Shown piece after piece: positions 44,280 through 53,730 of a stretch of DNA of 64,000 nucleotides (its first letter is position 1; every line of letters begins with the position of its first letter). This DNA comes from an uncultured Alistipes sp. GTDB lineage: Bacteria; Bacteroidota; Bacteroidia; Bacteroidales; Rikenellaceae. The DNA lies in the NCBI GenBank assembly GCA_964530735.1, contig CAZGYX010000007.1, positions 998 to 64,997 on the forward strand, written 5' to 3'. Both the position numbers and the translations under genes were made by a program. Under the pieces are notes generated by a model. That model saw only the letters and a program-made list of their open reading frames with translations, was not told the DNA's origin and ran no database searches.

Positions 44280-44286
44280 ACCCCGC

Positions 44287-44317
44287 CCGACGGCCGGTTT
44301 TCGGAAGCGGCCGTCGG
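44287..44317 (+). terminator. GC-rich hairpin after GH2 (terminator or stabilising stem)
   Basis: CCGACGGCCG/CGGCCGTCGG stem, no U tract. Confidence 0.5.
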
Positions 44318-44330
44318 ACGATCGGGGTAA

Positions 44331-44397
44331 TTGCGCGAAATGACGACTTTAATACGCAAAACACCCCCATTCCTAAGCGGGTCAATGGATAATTTTG
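44331..44397 (+). promoter_or_regulatory. Putative activator site TTGCGCGAAATGA-N10-ACGCAA plus -7 box TAATTTTG (susC promoter)
   Basis: Matches the 29780 motif with identical spacing to the -7 box. Confidence 0.7.
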
Positions 44398-44488
44398 AAA
44401 AAGGAAACATCGGTCCGTCCCGATTTCAAAATGTCGCGAATCCCGACGGCCGGATAAACCGATTTTTTTAATTATTAACCTAAACCTT

Positions 44489-47400
44489 ATGGAAATGATT
44501 TTGACTTTTTCAGGAGGGAAAACGAAACTCATTCGTTTTCTTCTAATGAGCCTGCTTTGCGGCGTGCTCATCCTTCCGGCACGGGCGCAAGACCGTGTGA
44601 CGGTTTCGGGGCGCCTGACCGACACCGGACAGGTGCCGCTGGTCGGAGCTTCGGTCGTCGAACGCGGCACGACCAACGGCGTGATAACCGATCTGGACGG
44701 ACGCTACCAGATTTCTGTGGCCGGCAATGCGACGCTGGAATTCACTTTTGTCGGCTATGCCACACGGGAACTGGCTGTGATGAATCGCACGCAGATCGAC
44801 GTGACGTTGGAGGAAGACACCACCGAAATCGGTGCCGTAGTCGCCATCGGTTACGGTTCGCAGCGCAAGGAAGACCTTTCGATGGCGGTGGCCAGCGTCA
44901 AGGTGGACGAAGCCGCTCGCAGCCGGGCCTCGGATCTGGGAACGCTGCTGCAAGGCCGCATGCCGGGCGTGACGATCATGCAGTCGGGCGGCGACCCGAT
45001 GCGTTCGGCGTCGTTCTCGATTCGCGGACGCGGCTCGAAGGGCAACGACGATGACCCGACTTCGGGCGACGGCGTGCTGGTCGTTGTCGACGGCGTGCCC
45101 AATGCTCCTTATATGGTCGAGGACATCGAAACGATTACGGTGCTCAAAGATGCCGCGTCGGCCGCTATCTACGGTGCTTCGGTAGGTTCGAGCGGCGTCG
45201 TGCTGATTACGACCCGCAAGGCGCAGTCGGGTCAGTTGCGGGTGGATGCCAACATCTCGCTGGGTGTCCAGACGGCGATGAATCTCCCGACGATGCTCAA
45301 TGCGCAGCAATACTGCGATGTATGGGCCCAAGCCGTGGCGAATTCGGACAACGGCGCGTTGCCGATGCTGGCCAATCCGGTCGCTTATGCCGGTGCCAAC
45401 ATCACCCGCACCGATTGGCTCGACGAGATTTTCCGTACCGGCCTGACGCAGCACTACGGCATTTCGTTGAGCGGCGGCACCGAGAAACTTTCGGCGATCC
45501 TGTCGGTTACCTATGATAAGAAAGAGGGTTCGATCATCAATACGTACAGCCAGTCGCTGGGTGCCAAATTCTCGGCCGATTTCAAACCGGTGAAATGGCT
45601 GAAAATTTCCGAACGCGTGTCGTTCGAGCAGTCGAACGGACAGGGCAATGTCAACCGTTCGCATACGGGCCCGATTCTGGGTGCAATGTGGTTCCCCGCT
45701 TCGGCTTCGGTCTACGACCGCGACGCCGAGGGCAATATCGTTTATAACGACAACGGCCAGCCCAAATGGGGCGGTATCGCTTCGACGACGGACATGGCTG
45801 CCGGTGTGGCCGGCCCCAACATCGTCAATCCGGTGGCCCAGCTCAAAACGATGCACAGCCGTGCTCCCCGCACGCGCTTCTTCTCGACGACGGGGTTGGA
45901 AGTGAAGCCCATTACCTCGCTGACGCTCAAATCGGAACTGACGGCCGACCTCGACATCAACGAGACGGATGCCTATTCGCCGGTCATCGACGTCCCGGGC
46001 GGTTCGTCGTCGACGTTGCGCGAACAGGAACAGACGCGGCAGTTCCACTATCTGTGGGAGAACACCGTGACTTGGGCCCAAGTTTTCGGCAAACACCACA
46101 TTTCGGCGATGGCCGGCTTTACGACGGACTATCAGAAGTCGCGTATGTATGATTTCCGTACGCAGAACTATCCCAGTGAGACGTGGAACTCGCATCAGGT
46201 GCTATGGCAGAACGGTGCGTGGTATCGGAATCCGACCGAAAACTACGAAGAGTTTACGATGGTCTCGTTCTTGGGCCGTATCGGTTATTCGTTCGACGAC
46301 CGTTATTTCCTGACGGCCAGCATCCGCCGCGATGCCTCGTCGAAACTTCCTTCGACGAAAAACTACGAATGGTTCCCGGCCGTGTCGGCTTCGTGGAAAC
46401 TTTCGTCGGAGAAATTCTTCCGCAATTCGGTGCTCGGCGACGTGTTCGATCTGGTGAAGATTCGTGGCGGTTGGGGTAAGGTCGGCAACGTGACGCTCTA
46501 TCCGCGTATGTCCACGACCGATATTCCGCTGGAAACCTATCCCGATCCTTCGCTTATCGGCGGACAAGATGTCTACGGCACCTATTCACCCACCATTCCC
46601 AATACGGGTGCGACGTGGGAGACGACCGTACAGACCAGCGCCGGTATCGATTTCACGCTGTTCAAGAACAAGCTCGATTTGAGCATCGATTACTACCACA
46701 AGCAGACGCGCGATTTGGTGGACTACGTGCCGACGCCTCCGCAGATGGGTGTTACCGAGTCTCCGATGGGCAACATGGGTCAGGTTACCAACAAAGGTTG
46801 GGAATTCTCGGTATCGTATCACAATTCCGCCGCACGGGGTCAGTTCAACTACAACGTGTGGGGTACTTTCTCGACCAACAAGAGCAACGTCGACGACTAC
46901 GGCCCGCAGCCGCTCGTTCGTCATGATAATCCCAATATCAACTCCACAGCGATTCTCTATTCGGGGGTAGGTCATCCGTGGTATTCTTACAGCCTCTATC
47001 GCACCGACGGTATTTTCCGTTCGCAGGAGGAGATCGACCGCTACGTCGTCAAGGATCCCGATACGGGTCAGACGAAGCTCGTGCAGCCGAATGCCAAAGT
47101 CGGCGACCTGAAATTCATCGACATCAACGGCGACGGTAAAATTTCGGACGACGACCGTGTGCTGACGGGATGCTATACGCCCAAACAGACTTTCGCGTTC
47201 GGCGGTTCGTTCGATTGGAAAGGATTCGATTTCAGCTTCATGTTCCAAGGCGTGGCAGGCAACTACATCTACAACGGTACGAAGCAGATGGCCATGAATG
47301 GACGTCAGGATTACGGCAACCTTGTGACGGATGTTTACAATACGTGGGATTTCAATCCGACGGGCAGCAAGTATCCCCGTTTGGGGCTGGCTGAAGACAA

Positions 47401-47674
47401 CAACGGCAACTACATCCGATTCTCGGATGCGTTCCTCGAAAAGGGCGATTACCTGCGTCTGAAAAACATCACGCTCGGTTATACGCTGCCCAAGCACATC
47501 GCCCGCTATGTGGGCTTGAAGAACGGTTCGCTGCGTGTCTACATGAGTATCGACAACGTCGCCACGATTACGGGTTATTCGGGTTGCGACCCTGAGGTCG
47601 GCAACTACGGTCTCGATGCCGGTGTCTATCCCACGTCGCGTTTCTTCAATTTCGGTGTAAACTTCAACTTCTAA
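44489..47674 (+). CDS. SusC/RagA TonB-dependent transporter
   Basis: GTTNGVITDLDG, VAIGYG, VLKDAASAAIYG, RRDASSK, WETT, GDLKFID.NGDGKI, YLRLKNITLGY, C-terminal Phe. Confidence 0.97.
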   Translation: MEMILTFSGGKTKLIRFLLMSLLCGVLILPARAQDRVTVSGRLTDTGQVPLVGASVVERGTTNGVITDLDGRYQISVAGNATLEFTFVGYATRELAVMNRTQIDVTLEEDTTEIGAVVAIGYGSQRKEDLSMAVASVKVDEAARSRASDLGTLLQGRMPGVTIMQSGGDPMRSASFSIRGRGSKGNDDDPTSGDGVLVVVDGVPNAPYMVEDIETITVLKDAASAAIYGASVGSSGVVLITTRKAQSGQLRVDANISLGVQTAMNLPTMLNAQQYCDVWAQAVANSDNGALPMLANPVAYAGANITRTDWLDEIFRTGLTQHYGISLSGGTEKLSAILSVTYDKKEGSIINTYSQSLGAKFSADFKPVKWLKISERVSFEQSNGQGNVNRSHTGPILGAMWFPASASVYDRDAEGNIVYNDNGQPKWGGIASTTDMAAGVAGPNIVNPVAQLKTMHSRAPRTRFFSTTGLEVKPITSLTLKSELTADLDINETDAYSPVIDVPGGSSSTLREQEQTRQFHYLWENTVTWAQVFGKHHISAMAGFTTDYQKSRMYDFRTQNYPSETWNSHQVLWQNGAWYRNPTENYEEFTMVSFLGRIGYSFDDRYFLTASIRRDASSKLPSTKNYEWFPAVSASWKLSSEKFFRNSVLGDVFDLVKIRGGWGKVGNVTLYPRMSTTDIPLETYPDPSLIGGQDVYGTYSPTIPNTGATWETTVQTSAGIDFTLFKNKLDLSIDYYHKQTRDLVDYVPTPPQMGVTESPMGNMGQVTNKGWEFSVSYHNSAARGQFNYNVWGTFSTNKSNVDDYGPQPLVRHDNPNINSTAILYSGVGHPWYSYSLYRTDGIFRSQEEIDRYVVKDPDTGQTKLVQPNAKVGDLKFIDINGDGKISDDDRVLTGCYTPKQTFAFGGSFDWKGFDFSFMFQGVAGNYIYNGTKQMAMNGRQDYGNLVTDVYNTWDFNPTGSKYPRLGLAEDNNGNYIRFSDAFLEKGDYLRLKNITLGYTLPKHIARYVGLKNGSLRVYMSIDNVATITGYSGCDPEVGNYGLDAGVYPTSRFFNFGVNFNF

Positions 47675-47686
47675 ACTTAACGGACC

Positions 47687-49354
47687 ATGAAAAAGATATT
47701 AGCAAGCATCTGCTTCGCCGTCTGTGCCATTGCCTTTTCGGGTTGCGCCGATTTTCTGGATAAGGAGGCATACGGCAAGGATACGGCTCTGAAAACCAAA
47801 GACGATGTCATGGGGGCAATCTACGGACTCTATCACTTCGTATCGCCCTATTGGAGCGAAGAAATATGCGGGCGCGGTCACATGTGGCTCGAATGTGCCA
47901 GCGATAACATCCTGATCGGACGAGACCGTTCGTCGGTCGACGAAATCCGCGAGTTTCGGATGTCGCCGTCGAACAGCAATGATGTCAACCGGGTTTGGGA
48001 GGTGATGTACCAGAATGTCGCCAAAGCCAACAACATCATCAAACTCGTTCCTGACATGGGTCTCGATCCAACGTTCAAGAATCAGGCTCTCGGTACGGCG
48101 CTTTTCTTCCGCGGCTTTTCGATGCTGTGGATGGTGCCCTACTACGGCGACGATACCAACGGCGGTATTCCTATCATTACGGACAAAACTTCGCCGGCCG
48201 AAATCGACTCGCCCCGTCCTACGCACGTGTTGCGCAACTACGAGCAGATCATTGCGGACTTCCGCGAAGCAGGCGAGAAACTGCCCTATTTCTCAGAACT
48301 TTCCGCCGATGAAATCGGTCTGCCGCACAAAGCTGCCGCTTGGGCTTATGCCGCCCGTGCTGCGTTGTACGCTTCGATGTACGACGAGAGCTATTACAAT
48401 GTGGTCATCGAAATGTGCGACAAGGTGATGTCGATGACCGGTACCGACAAACGCGAACTCTATGTCGATTCGTCGGACAAAATCAACTCGTATCGCCACC
48501 TCTGGACGAAGGCTCAGAACCATAGTTGCGAGTATATCTTCTCGTTGGAGGGTAGCACGACGAACGGTGCCCGCTATCATGGCGTAACGTTCCAGAATAC
48601 GGGATTCGGGTATTACAACACGTGGGGATATTTCACGCCCAGTCTGGAACTCTACAACGCTTACGAAGAGGGTGATACGCGTCGCGACGTGACGATTCTG
48701 TATCCGGGGGACTATTTCGATTACATGGGCTTCGGCTGGACATTCGCCGGATATTCGCCCGATGGTTCCGCTACGCAAATTGCATGGTCTGGAAGCGACC
48801 ACGTATCGGCCGGTTTGGTGTGCCGTAAATTCTTGTGGCCTTGGGAAAATTCGGTCGGCCCTTATTACAGCAGCTCCGATCCGCGCTATTATGCCGAAAT
48901 AACGCCGTTGCGCGATAAACTGTGGAACACACTCAATGTATCGCTGATGCGCTATGCGGACGTGATGCTGATGAAAGCCGAAGCCTTGATTTGGACGAAA
49001 GGCGAAGGCGATGCGGAAGCCAAACAGCTTATCGACGACATCCGCGAACGTGCGGGTCTGCCGAGAAACAGCCAAGCGACCAAAGCGCAGTTGCAGAACG
49101 AACGCCGCTGCGAACTGGCGTTCGAGTTCCAGCCGAGCCGCTTCATCGACGTGGTGCGCTGGGGATTGGGGCCGGAGTTGCTCACCAAGCCGCTGCACAG
49201 CGTTATCTCGAAAGGAGTCAATGGACAAATCGTTGCGGAACCGGTCGAGGTTTATCCCGCCCGTACTTTCGATCCTACCTACAACAAGGTTTTTCCCATT
49301 CCGGAAAAAGCATTTACCGGTACGGTCAACCTGAAGCAGAACCTCGGGTATTAG
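47687..49354 (+). CDS. SusD/RagB lipoprotein
   Basis: Lipobox FSGC.DFL; GIPI, RYADVMLMKAEA, RERAGL, ERRCELAFE..RF.DVVRWG, QNLGY. Confidence 0.96.
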   Translation: MKKILASICFAVCAIAFSGCADFLDKEAYGKDTALKTKDDVMGAIYGLYHFVSPYWSEEICGRGHMWLECASDNILIGRDRSSVDEIREFRMSPSNSNDVNRVWEVMYQNVAKANNIIKLVPDMGLDPTFKNQALGTALFFRGFSMLWMVPYYGDDTNGGIPIITDKTSPAEIDSPRPTHVLRNYEQIIADFREAGEKLPYFSELSADEIGLPHKAAAWAYAARAALYASMYDESYYNVVIEMCDKVMSMTGTDKRELYVDSSDKINSYRHLWTKAQNHSCEYIFSLEGSTTNGARYHGVTFQNTGFGYYNTWGYFTPSLELYNAYEEGDTRRDVTILYPGDYFDYMGFGWTFAGYSPDGSATQIAWSGSDHVSAGLVCRKFLWPWENSVGPYYSSSDPRYYAEITPLRDKLWNTLNVSLMRYADVMLMKAEALIWTKGEGDAEAKQLIDDIRERAGLPRNSQATKAQLQNERRCELAFEFQPSRFIDVVRWGLGPELLTKPLHSVISKGVNGQIVAEPVEVYPARTFDPTYNKVFPIPEKAFTGTVNLKQNLGY

Positions 49355-49376
49355 TCATCCAAAAATTACAGACACC

Positions 49377-50195
49377 ATGAAGATCAGTAAATATATGCTG
49401 GCCTTGCTTGCGGGAATTTTCTCTCTCGCAGGGGCCGATGCGCAGGATGTGAAGCTCAAATGTATGGAGTGGAACATGAAGTCGCTGGAGTATCGGGCGA
49501 ACAGCAATGCGTCGAAAGACATCAGCCGGTTCGTCGCCGAAATCAAATCGCAGCAGGCCGACATCGTATGCTTCAACGAATTCGAGACGGCAACCGGTTC
49601 GATGTTCAATACCGAAAAACTGACCGAATTCGCCAAAGAACTCGGAATGTTCCCGTTCTTCATCTTCTCTTACGACCATAGTTCGGGTTCGGGCTATTAC
49701 GGCAACTGCATTCTCTCGAAGTATCCCATCGTCAACACTTCGGCCGTGCGTTTGGGGATGTATCAGGGCGCCGACCAGCGTTCGGTGGGTTGGGCCGACA
49801 TCCTCGTGCCGACCGCCGCGAAACCGGATGGTGTGAAAGTGCGCATCGTCTGCACCCACCTCGATGCTTTCGGCGGCGACGCTACCTGCTTGGGTCAGGC
49901 GAAAGAGGTTTTGGAATACGCGGTCGCTCCGGCTGTGGCGGAGAATATCCCCGTGCTGCTCATGGGCGATATGAACTGCGGCCCCTCGTCGTCGGCTATC
50001 CGTGAATACGAACAGACCGGCAAACGCCTGTGCAACAACGATATCACGTGGGACAACATCAGTAAACTCGACTATTTCATCGGGTTCCCGCAAAACGCAT
50101 GGAGCTGTTCGGACTACGCGGTACTCAACTCGCAGACGTTCTACGAACTTTCGGACCACTATGCGATTTCGGGTACGGCCGTGTTGAACAACTAA
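49377..50195 (+). CDS. Second exported EEP-family phosphoesterase
   Basis: Signal peptide; EWN, CFNE, YGNCILSKYP, THLD, MGDMN, LDYF, SDHY. Confidence 0.9.
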   Translation: MKISKYMLALLAGIFSLAGADAQDVKLKCMEWNMKSLEYRANSNASKDISRFVAEIKSQQADIVCFNEFETATGSMFNTEKLTEFAKELGMFPFFIFSYDHSSGSGYYGNCILSKYPIVNTSAVRLGMYQGADQRSVGWADILVPTAAKPDGVKVRIVCTHLDAFGGDATCLGQAKEVLEYAVAPAVAENIPVLLMGDMNCGPSSSAIREYEQTGKRLCNNDITWDNISKLDYFIGFPQNAWSCSDYAVLNSQTFYELSDHYAISGTAVLNN

Positions 50196-50226
50196 CATCC
50201 GTCGAACAGAGTAACAAATTCAAGCG

Positions 50227-51069
50227 ATGAAAACAATGAAAAAACAGCTTTCGATTTTGCTGTCCGTAGCTCTGTTGGCTCCGTTCTGTACGGGGTGCGA
50301 CAACGGGCTGGACGAATATCCTACGGATGCGTCGGTGACGCCCCCGTCGGACAAATTCACGACGCATATCCAATTCGTTTCGTATCTCAACGACCAGACG
50401 GTCGGCGCAGCGGACTATGCCGCTTTCAACGACTATGTTACCGATGTGCTCGATGATAGTGCGTGGTTGACGCTCCTCGACCGTGCCGATAACGGCGATC
50501 TTTCCGCCATGATGCAGACGGCACTCAACACGAGCCGTTGGACGGCGTTCGCTTTCAACCGCGTGGCTTCGGCGGCTTCGTGGCAGGGCAGCATGCTGTA
50601 CTTCAACAGCTGCCTGCATTCGGGTGCGAAAGGCGTGCCGTCGGGCGACGGTTGCTACGTGACCAGCATCACGGTGCCGATGCAGGGCGTGCGTACCGAC
50701 AAGAACGAGGCCGGCGAGGTCGAAGACACCGCATCGGTGTCGTTCGATGTCAATTTCCTGACGGCCCGTTTCGATACGGCCGAGCAGATTGCGGCATTCG
50801 GCGGTCGCCGGGGAGTGCTGCGGCAGCTCTACGATGGCAGTGTGGCACTGTTGATGGTCGGCACGGTTCGCAACGATCTTTTCGCGCAGTTGGAGTCGGC
50901 GGCGCAGTCTGCGTCGGGCAACAATCCGTTGGAAGTGGCGGAAGTGGCGAAAGGAACGGATTATACGATCTTTACGCTTGCCGAGAAACGTTTTTGGGGA
51001 TTCAACGGGGTTGAAAAACAACCGTTGGCCAGCGGAATCGACGTCTATGACATTTGCGTGATGTGGTAG
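50227..51069 (+). CDS. PUL lipoprotein of unknown function (candidate surface binding protein)
   Basis: Lipobox CTGC followed by acidic DNGLDE; last gene after susCD. Confidence 0.75.
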   Translation: MKTMKKQLSILLSVALLAPFCTGCDNGLDEYPTDASVTPPSDKFTTHIQFVSYLNDQTVGAADYAAFNDYVTDVLDDSAWLTLLDRADNGDLSAMMQTALNTSRWTAFAFNRVASAASWQGSMLYFNSCLHSGAKGVPSGDGCYVTSITVPMQGVRTDKNEAGEVEDTASVSFDVNFLTARFDTAEQIAAFGGRRGVLRQLYDGSVALLMVGTVRNDLFAQLESAAQSASGNNPLEVAEVAKGTDYTIFTLAEKRFWGFNGVEKQPLASGIDVYDICVMW

Positions 51070-51091
51070 TCGGAGAGACCGGATAACAATC

Positions 51092-51127
51092 GCGGCGGCA
51101 CCTTTCGAGGGTGCCGCCGCTTTCTTT
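51092..51127 (+). terminator. Intrinsic terminator ending the PUL
   Basis: GCGGCGGCACC/GGTGCCGCCGC stem plus TTTCTTT. Confidence 0.88.
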
Positions 51128-51232
51128 CGATATCGCTCGTATTTGCGGCATGGATGCCGATTTTTTCAGCAGACGTTTTAACTTCTTGCGTTGGATAGGG
51201 TGTTCATTGCCGGCACCTGCTGCCGTTGGAGG

Positions 51233-52054
51233 TCATCCGTTTGCCGATGCGCCGGGAGCAAAGCCATACTGCTTTTTGAAGGCGACGGTAAAGTGCGAAC
51301 GGTTCTTGAAACCGACCTCCAGATAGACATCGGAGACCCGCCGCCCTTCGTCGCAAATCATCCTGCGGGCCGCTTCGAGCCGCTGCCGGATGAGCCACTT
51401 CTGCGGCGGCAGGTCGCTGATGCAGGCGAAGTCGCGCTTGAAGGTCGCCAGCGAACGGCCCGTGTAAGCGGCGAACTCACTCAAAGACATATCCTGCGTG
51501 CAATTCTGCTCCATGAACGACAATAAGTCGATTTTCCACGGCTCATTGAAGTCGAATAACGTCGGATAAAAGCGCTCGTCGGTTTGCAGCAGGCAGTGCA
51601 TCGCCTCGTGCATCTTCATTTGCACGAAATCGTCGTCGGGGCGCGTGCCGGTATCGGTAAAAGGAAACAGCGACGCAAAGAGGCTCTCGACATAGGGCGA
51701 CCCGGGCATCTTGATGACCGCCTCACGGAACCGCTTGGCCCGCTGCGGAAAGGCCGCGTCGTCGAGCGTGCGGAAGTATTCGCGCAGAAAACGGCGGTCG
51801 AACCGGATGCTGATGGCCTTGTAGGGGTCGCTGCCGAGCGTATGCTTGTGGATTTGCAGGCGGTGGTCGCGTTTGAGAAAGACATATTCGCCGGCACGGA
51901 TATGCTGCACCCGTCCGCCGTATTCGAGCCGTATTTCGCCCGAATAGACATAAATCAAGGCATGATGCTGCAGCCTGTATTCCGACAGCGACTCGGCCGG
52001 CAGAAAACAGCTGTAAATAATATCCTGATAGTTATATACGCTCGTAGGCTCCAT
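51233..52054 (-). CDS. AraC-family transcriptional regulator
   Basis: EPWKIDL..FM, EFAAYTGRSLATFKRDF, VYLEVGFKNRSHFT.AFKKQYG. Confidence 0.93.
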   Translation of the reverse strand: MEPTSVYNYQDIIYSCFLPAESLSEYRLQHHALIYVYSGEIRLEYGGRVQHIRAGEYVFLKRDHRLQIHKHTLGSDPYKAISIRFDRRFLREYFRTLDDAAFPQRAKRFREAVIKMPGSPYVESLFASLFPFTDTGTRPDDDFVQMKMHEAMHCLLQTDERFYPTLFDFNEPWKIDLLSFMEQNCTQDMSLSEFAAYTGRSLATFKRDFACISDLPPQKWLIRQRLEAARRMICDEGRRVSDVYLEVGFKNRSHFTVAFKKQYGFAPGASANG

Positions 52055-52094
52055 AGTCGCAAAGTTAGCGTTTTTTAGCGAAGATTGCGCCCTG

Positions 52095-53111
52095 CTAATG
52101 TACTCCGGCACTGCCGTAGAGTTTGGTGCGCAATTCGCCCAATCCGGCAATCTCCTCGTCGGTACGGTTGCCATATACCTGCATCCGGTCGAGCGCGGCG
52201 GTCAGCGTGCGGTATTCGTCGTCGCTCAATACCACGTCGGCCGCGCCCAGATTCTCGGCGATGCGGGCATCGCTCCGCATGCCCGAAATCGGCACGATGT
52301 GTTCGTGGTGCATCACCCATGCCAGCGAAATCTGTGCGGGCGTGCACTGCTTCTCGGCCGCATACTGTTTCACGAGGTCGACAATGGGCTGATTGGCCGC
52401 CACGTTTTCGGGTTTGTAACGCGAAATGACGCGGCGGATGTCGTCGCCTTTGTACTCCGTCTGCGCCGAGTATTTGCCGCTCAACAGTCCGCCCGCCATT
52501 GGCGAGTAGGCTACGAACCCGATGCCCAATTCGCGGCAAAGCGGTATCACCTCCGGCTCCCACTGGCGGGCCATCATCGAGTATTCGCTCTGCACGGCCG
52601 TCAGCGGGGTTACCGCGTGTGCCTTGCGTATCTGTTCCGCAGTCGCCTCCGACACGCCCCACGACAGGATTTTACCCTCGCGGATAAGCTCGCCGAACCA
52701 GTCTGCCATTTCCGCCGGGTCAGCTTCTGCCGGGACGCGATGGGCATAATAAAGGTCTATGCGGTCGGTCTGCAACCGTCGCAGCGACCCCTCGACGGCG
52801 GCGCGCACCCCGTTGCGGCTCAACTTGCCGCCGGGAATCTGCTCCTGTCCCAACAGTGTGCGGGGCGAGAACTTCGTGCAGAGTACGATTTCGTCGCGAA
52901 TCGGTTGGAGGGCTTTGCCGACCAGCTCCTCGTTGCGGTAGGTGGCGTAGATTTCCGCCGTGTCGTAGAACGTGCAGCCCATGTCGTGCGCCTTGCGCAT
53001 CAGCCGGATCGACTCCGCTTCGGCCGGAATCTCTCCGTAAGCGGTGCTGAATCCCATGCAGCCCATGCCGAGTGCCGAAACCTCGATGCCGCCTAATAAT
53101 TTTTTCTTCAT
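52095..53111 (-). CDS. Aldo/keto reductase
   Basis: LGMGCMG, DTAEIY, TKF, IDLYYAHR, GVSE, QSEYS, YSP, AQISLAW. Confidence 0.95.
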   Translation of the reverse strand: MKKKLLGGIEVSALGMGCMGFSTAYGEIPAEAESIRLMRKAHDMGCTFYDTAEIYATYRNEELVGKALQPIRDEIVLCTKFSPRTLLGQEQIPGGKLSRNGVRAAVEGSLRRLQTDRIDLYYAHRVPAEADPAEMADWFGELIREGKILSWGVSEATAEQIRKAHAVTPLTAVQSEYSMMARQWEPEVIPLCRELGIGFVAYSPMAGGLLSGKYSAQTEYKGDDIRRVISRYKPENVAANQPIVDLVKQYAAEKQCTPAQISLAWVMHHEHIVPISGMRSDARIAENLGAADVVLSDDEYRTLTAALDRMQVYGNRTDEEIAGLGELRTKLYGSAGVH

Positions 53112-53140
53112 AGTTGTGCTTTTATCGGTTTTTACTGCTG

Positions 53141-53213
53141 CAAAATTACAACCGAAAGGCCGCAGCGCGTGTTGCTCTACGGCTCAAATGAATGTTGCCG
53201 AACGGCTCAAATG
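53141..53213 (-). promoter_or_regulatory. Aldo/keto reductase promoter: -7 box TAATTTTG and upstream 21-bp direct repeat
   Basis: TGTTGCnnnACGGCTCAAATG at 53170 and 53193 (23-bp period). Confidence 0.65.
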
Positions 53214-53395
53214 TCAAGTTGGGGAATCAAGGCGTGCGGCGGCGTGGTCTTCGGGTTGCGGTGCGTTATTCGATGACCGTGCAACGCCCCTCCTTGCGCC
53301 TTGCGGGGTTTGGGGATTGGAGAAAATCTCCTTGTCACAACCCAATGCACGACGGGATGCCGAGCGCCGCAGTTTCTATATTTGGCATGTGCAAC

Positions 53396-53426
53396 AAAAA
53401 ATCCGCGTAAATTTTACGCGGATTTT
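53396..53426 (-). terminator. Terminator after tRNA-Ser
   Basis: AAAATCCGCGTAA/TTACGCGGATTTT inverted repeat with a T run on the minus strand. Confidence 0.8.
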
Positions 53427-53439
53427 CGTTTGCTTTTTG

Positions 53440-53526
53440 CGGAGAGAGAGGGATTCGAACCCCCGGTACAGTTGCCCGTACACCGCATTTCGAGTGCGGC
53501 CCGATCGACCACTCCGGCATCTCTCC
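53440..53526 (-). tRNA. tRNA-Ser(CGA)
   Basis: GGAGAGA acceptor stem, CCGCA-CT-CGA-AA-TGCGG anticodon arm, long variable arm, GGTTCGAATCC T-loop; CCA not encoded. Confidence 0.97.
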
Positions 53527-53730
53527 TCGATTTTGGAGCGTGCAAATATAACCATATTTTTGATTTCCGCCTATTTTTTTGCGAAAAATATCGCCGCGAC
53601 CCGATTTTTTCCGCGACGGCCGATTTTGCAACCTGCCGAAAGTTGCCTATATTTGCGAATGACACAATAATTCCGGTACGGTTTTCGTTCCTGTTGATGA
53701 AAGATGTACCGAAGCAAACATGCAACTGCT

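Noticed and set aside
53220-53395. Possible ncRNA or small ORF between the reductase promoter and the tRNA terminator
   Set aside because: Only a weak CAAGGCG/CGCCTTG pairing; no convincing structure, promoter or coding signal
51071-53526. Genomic island integrated at tRNA-Ser
   Set aside because: No integrase or transfer genes; only an 8-bp CGGAGAGA match to the tRNA 3' end at 51071, which is not significant
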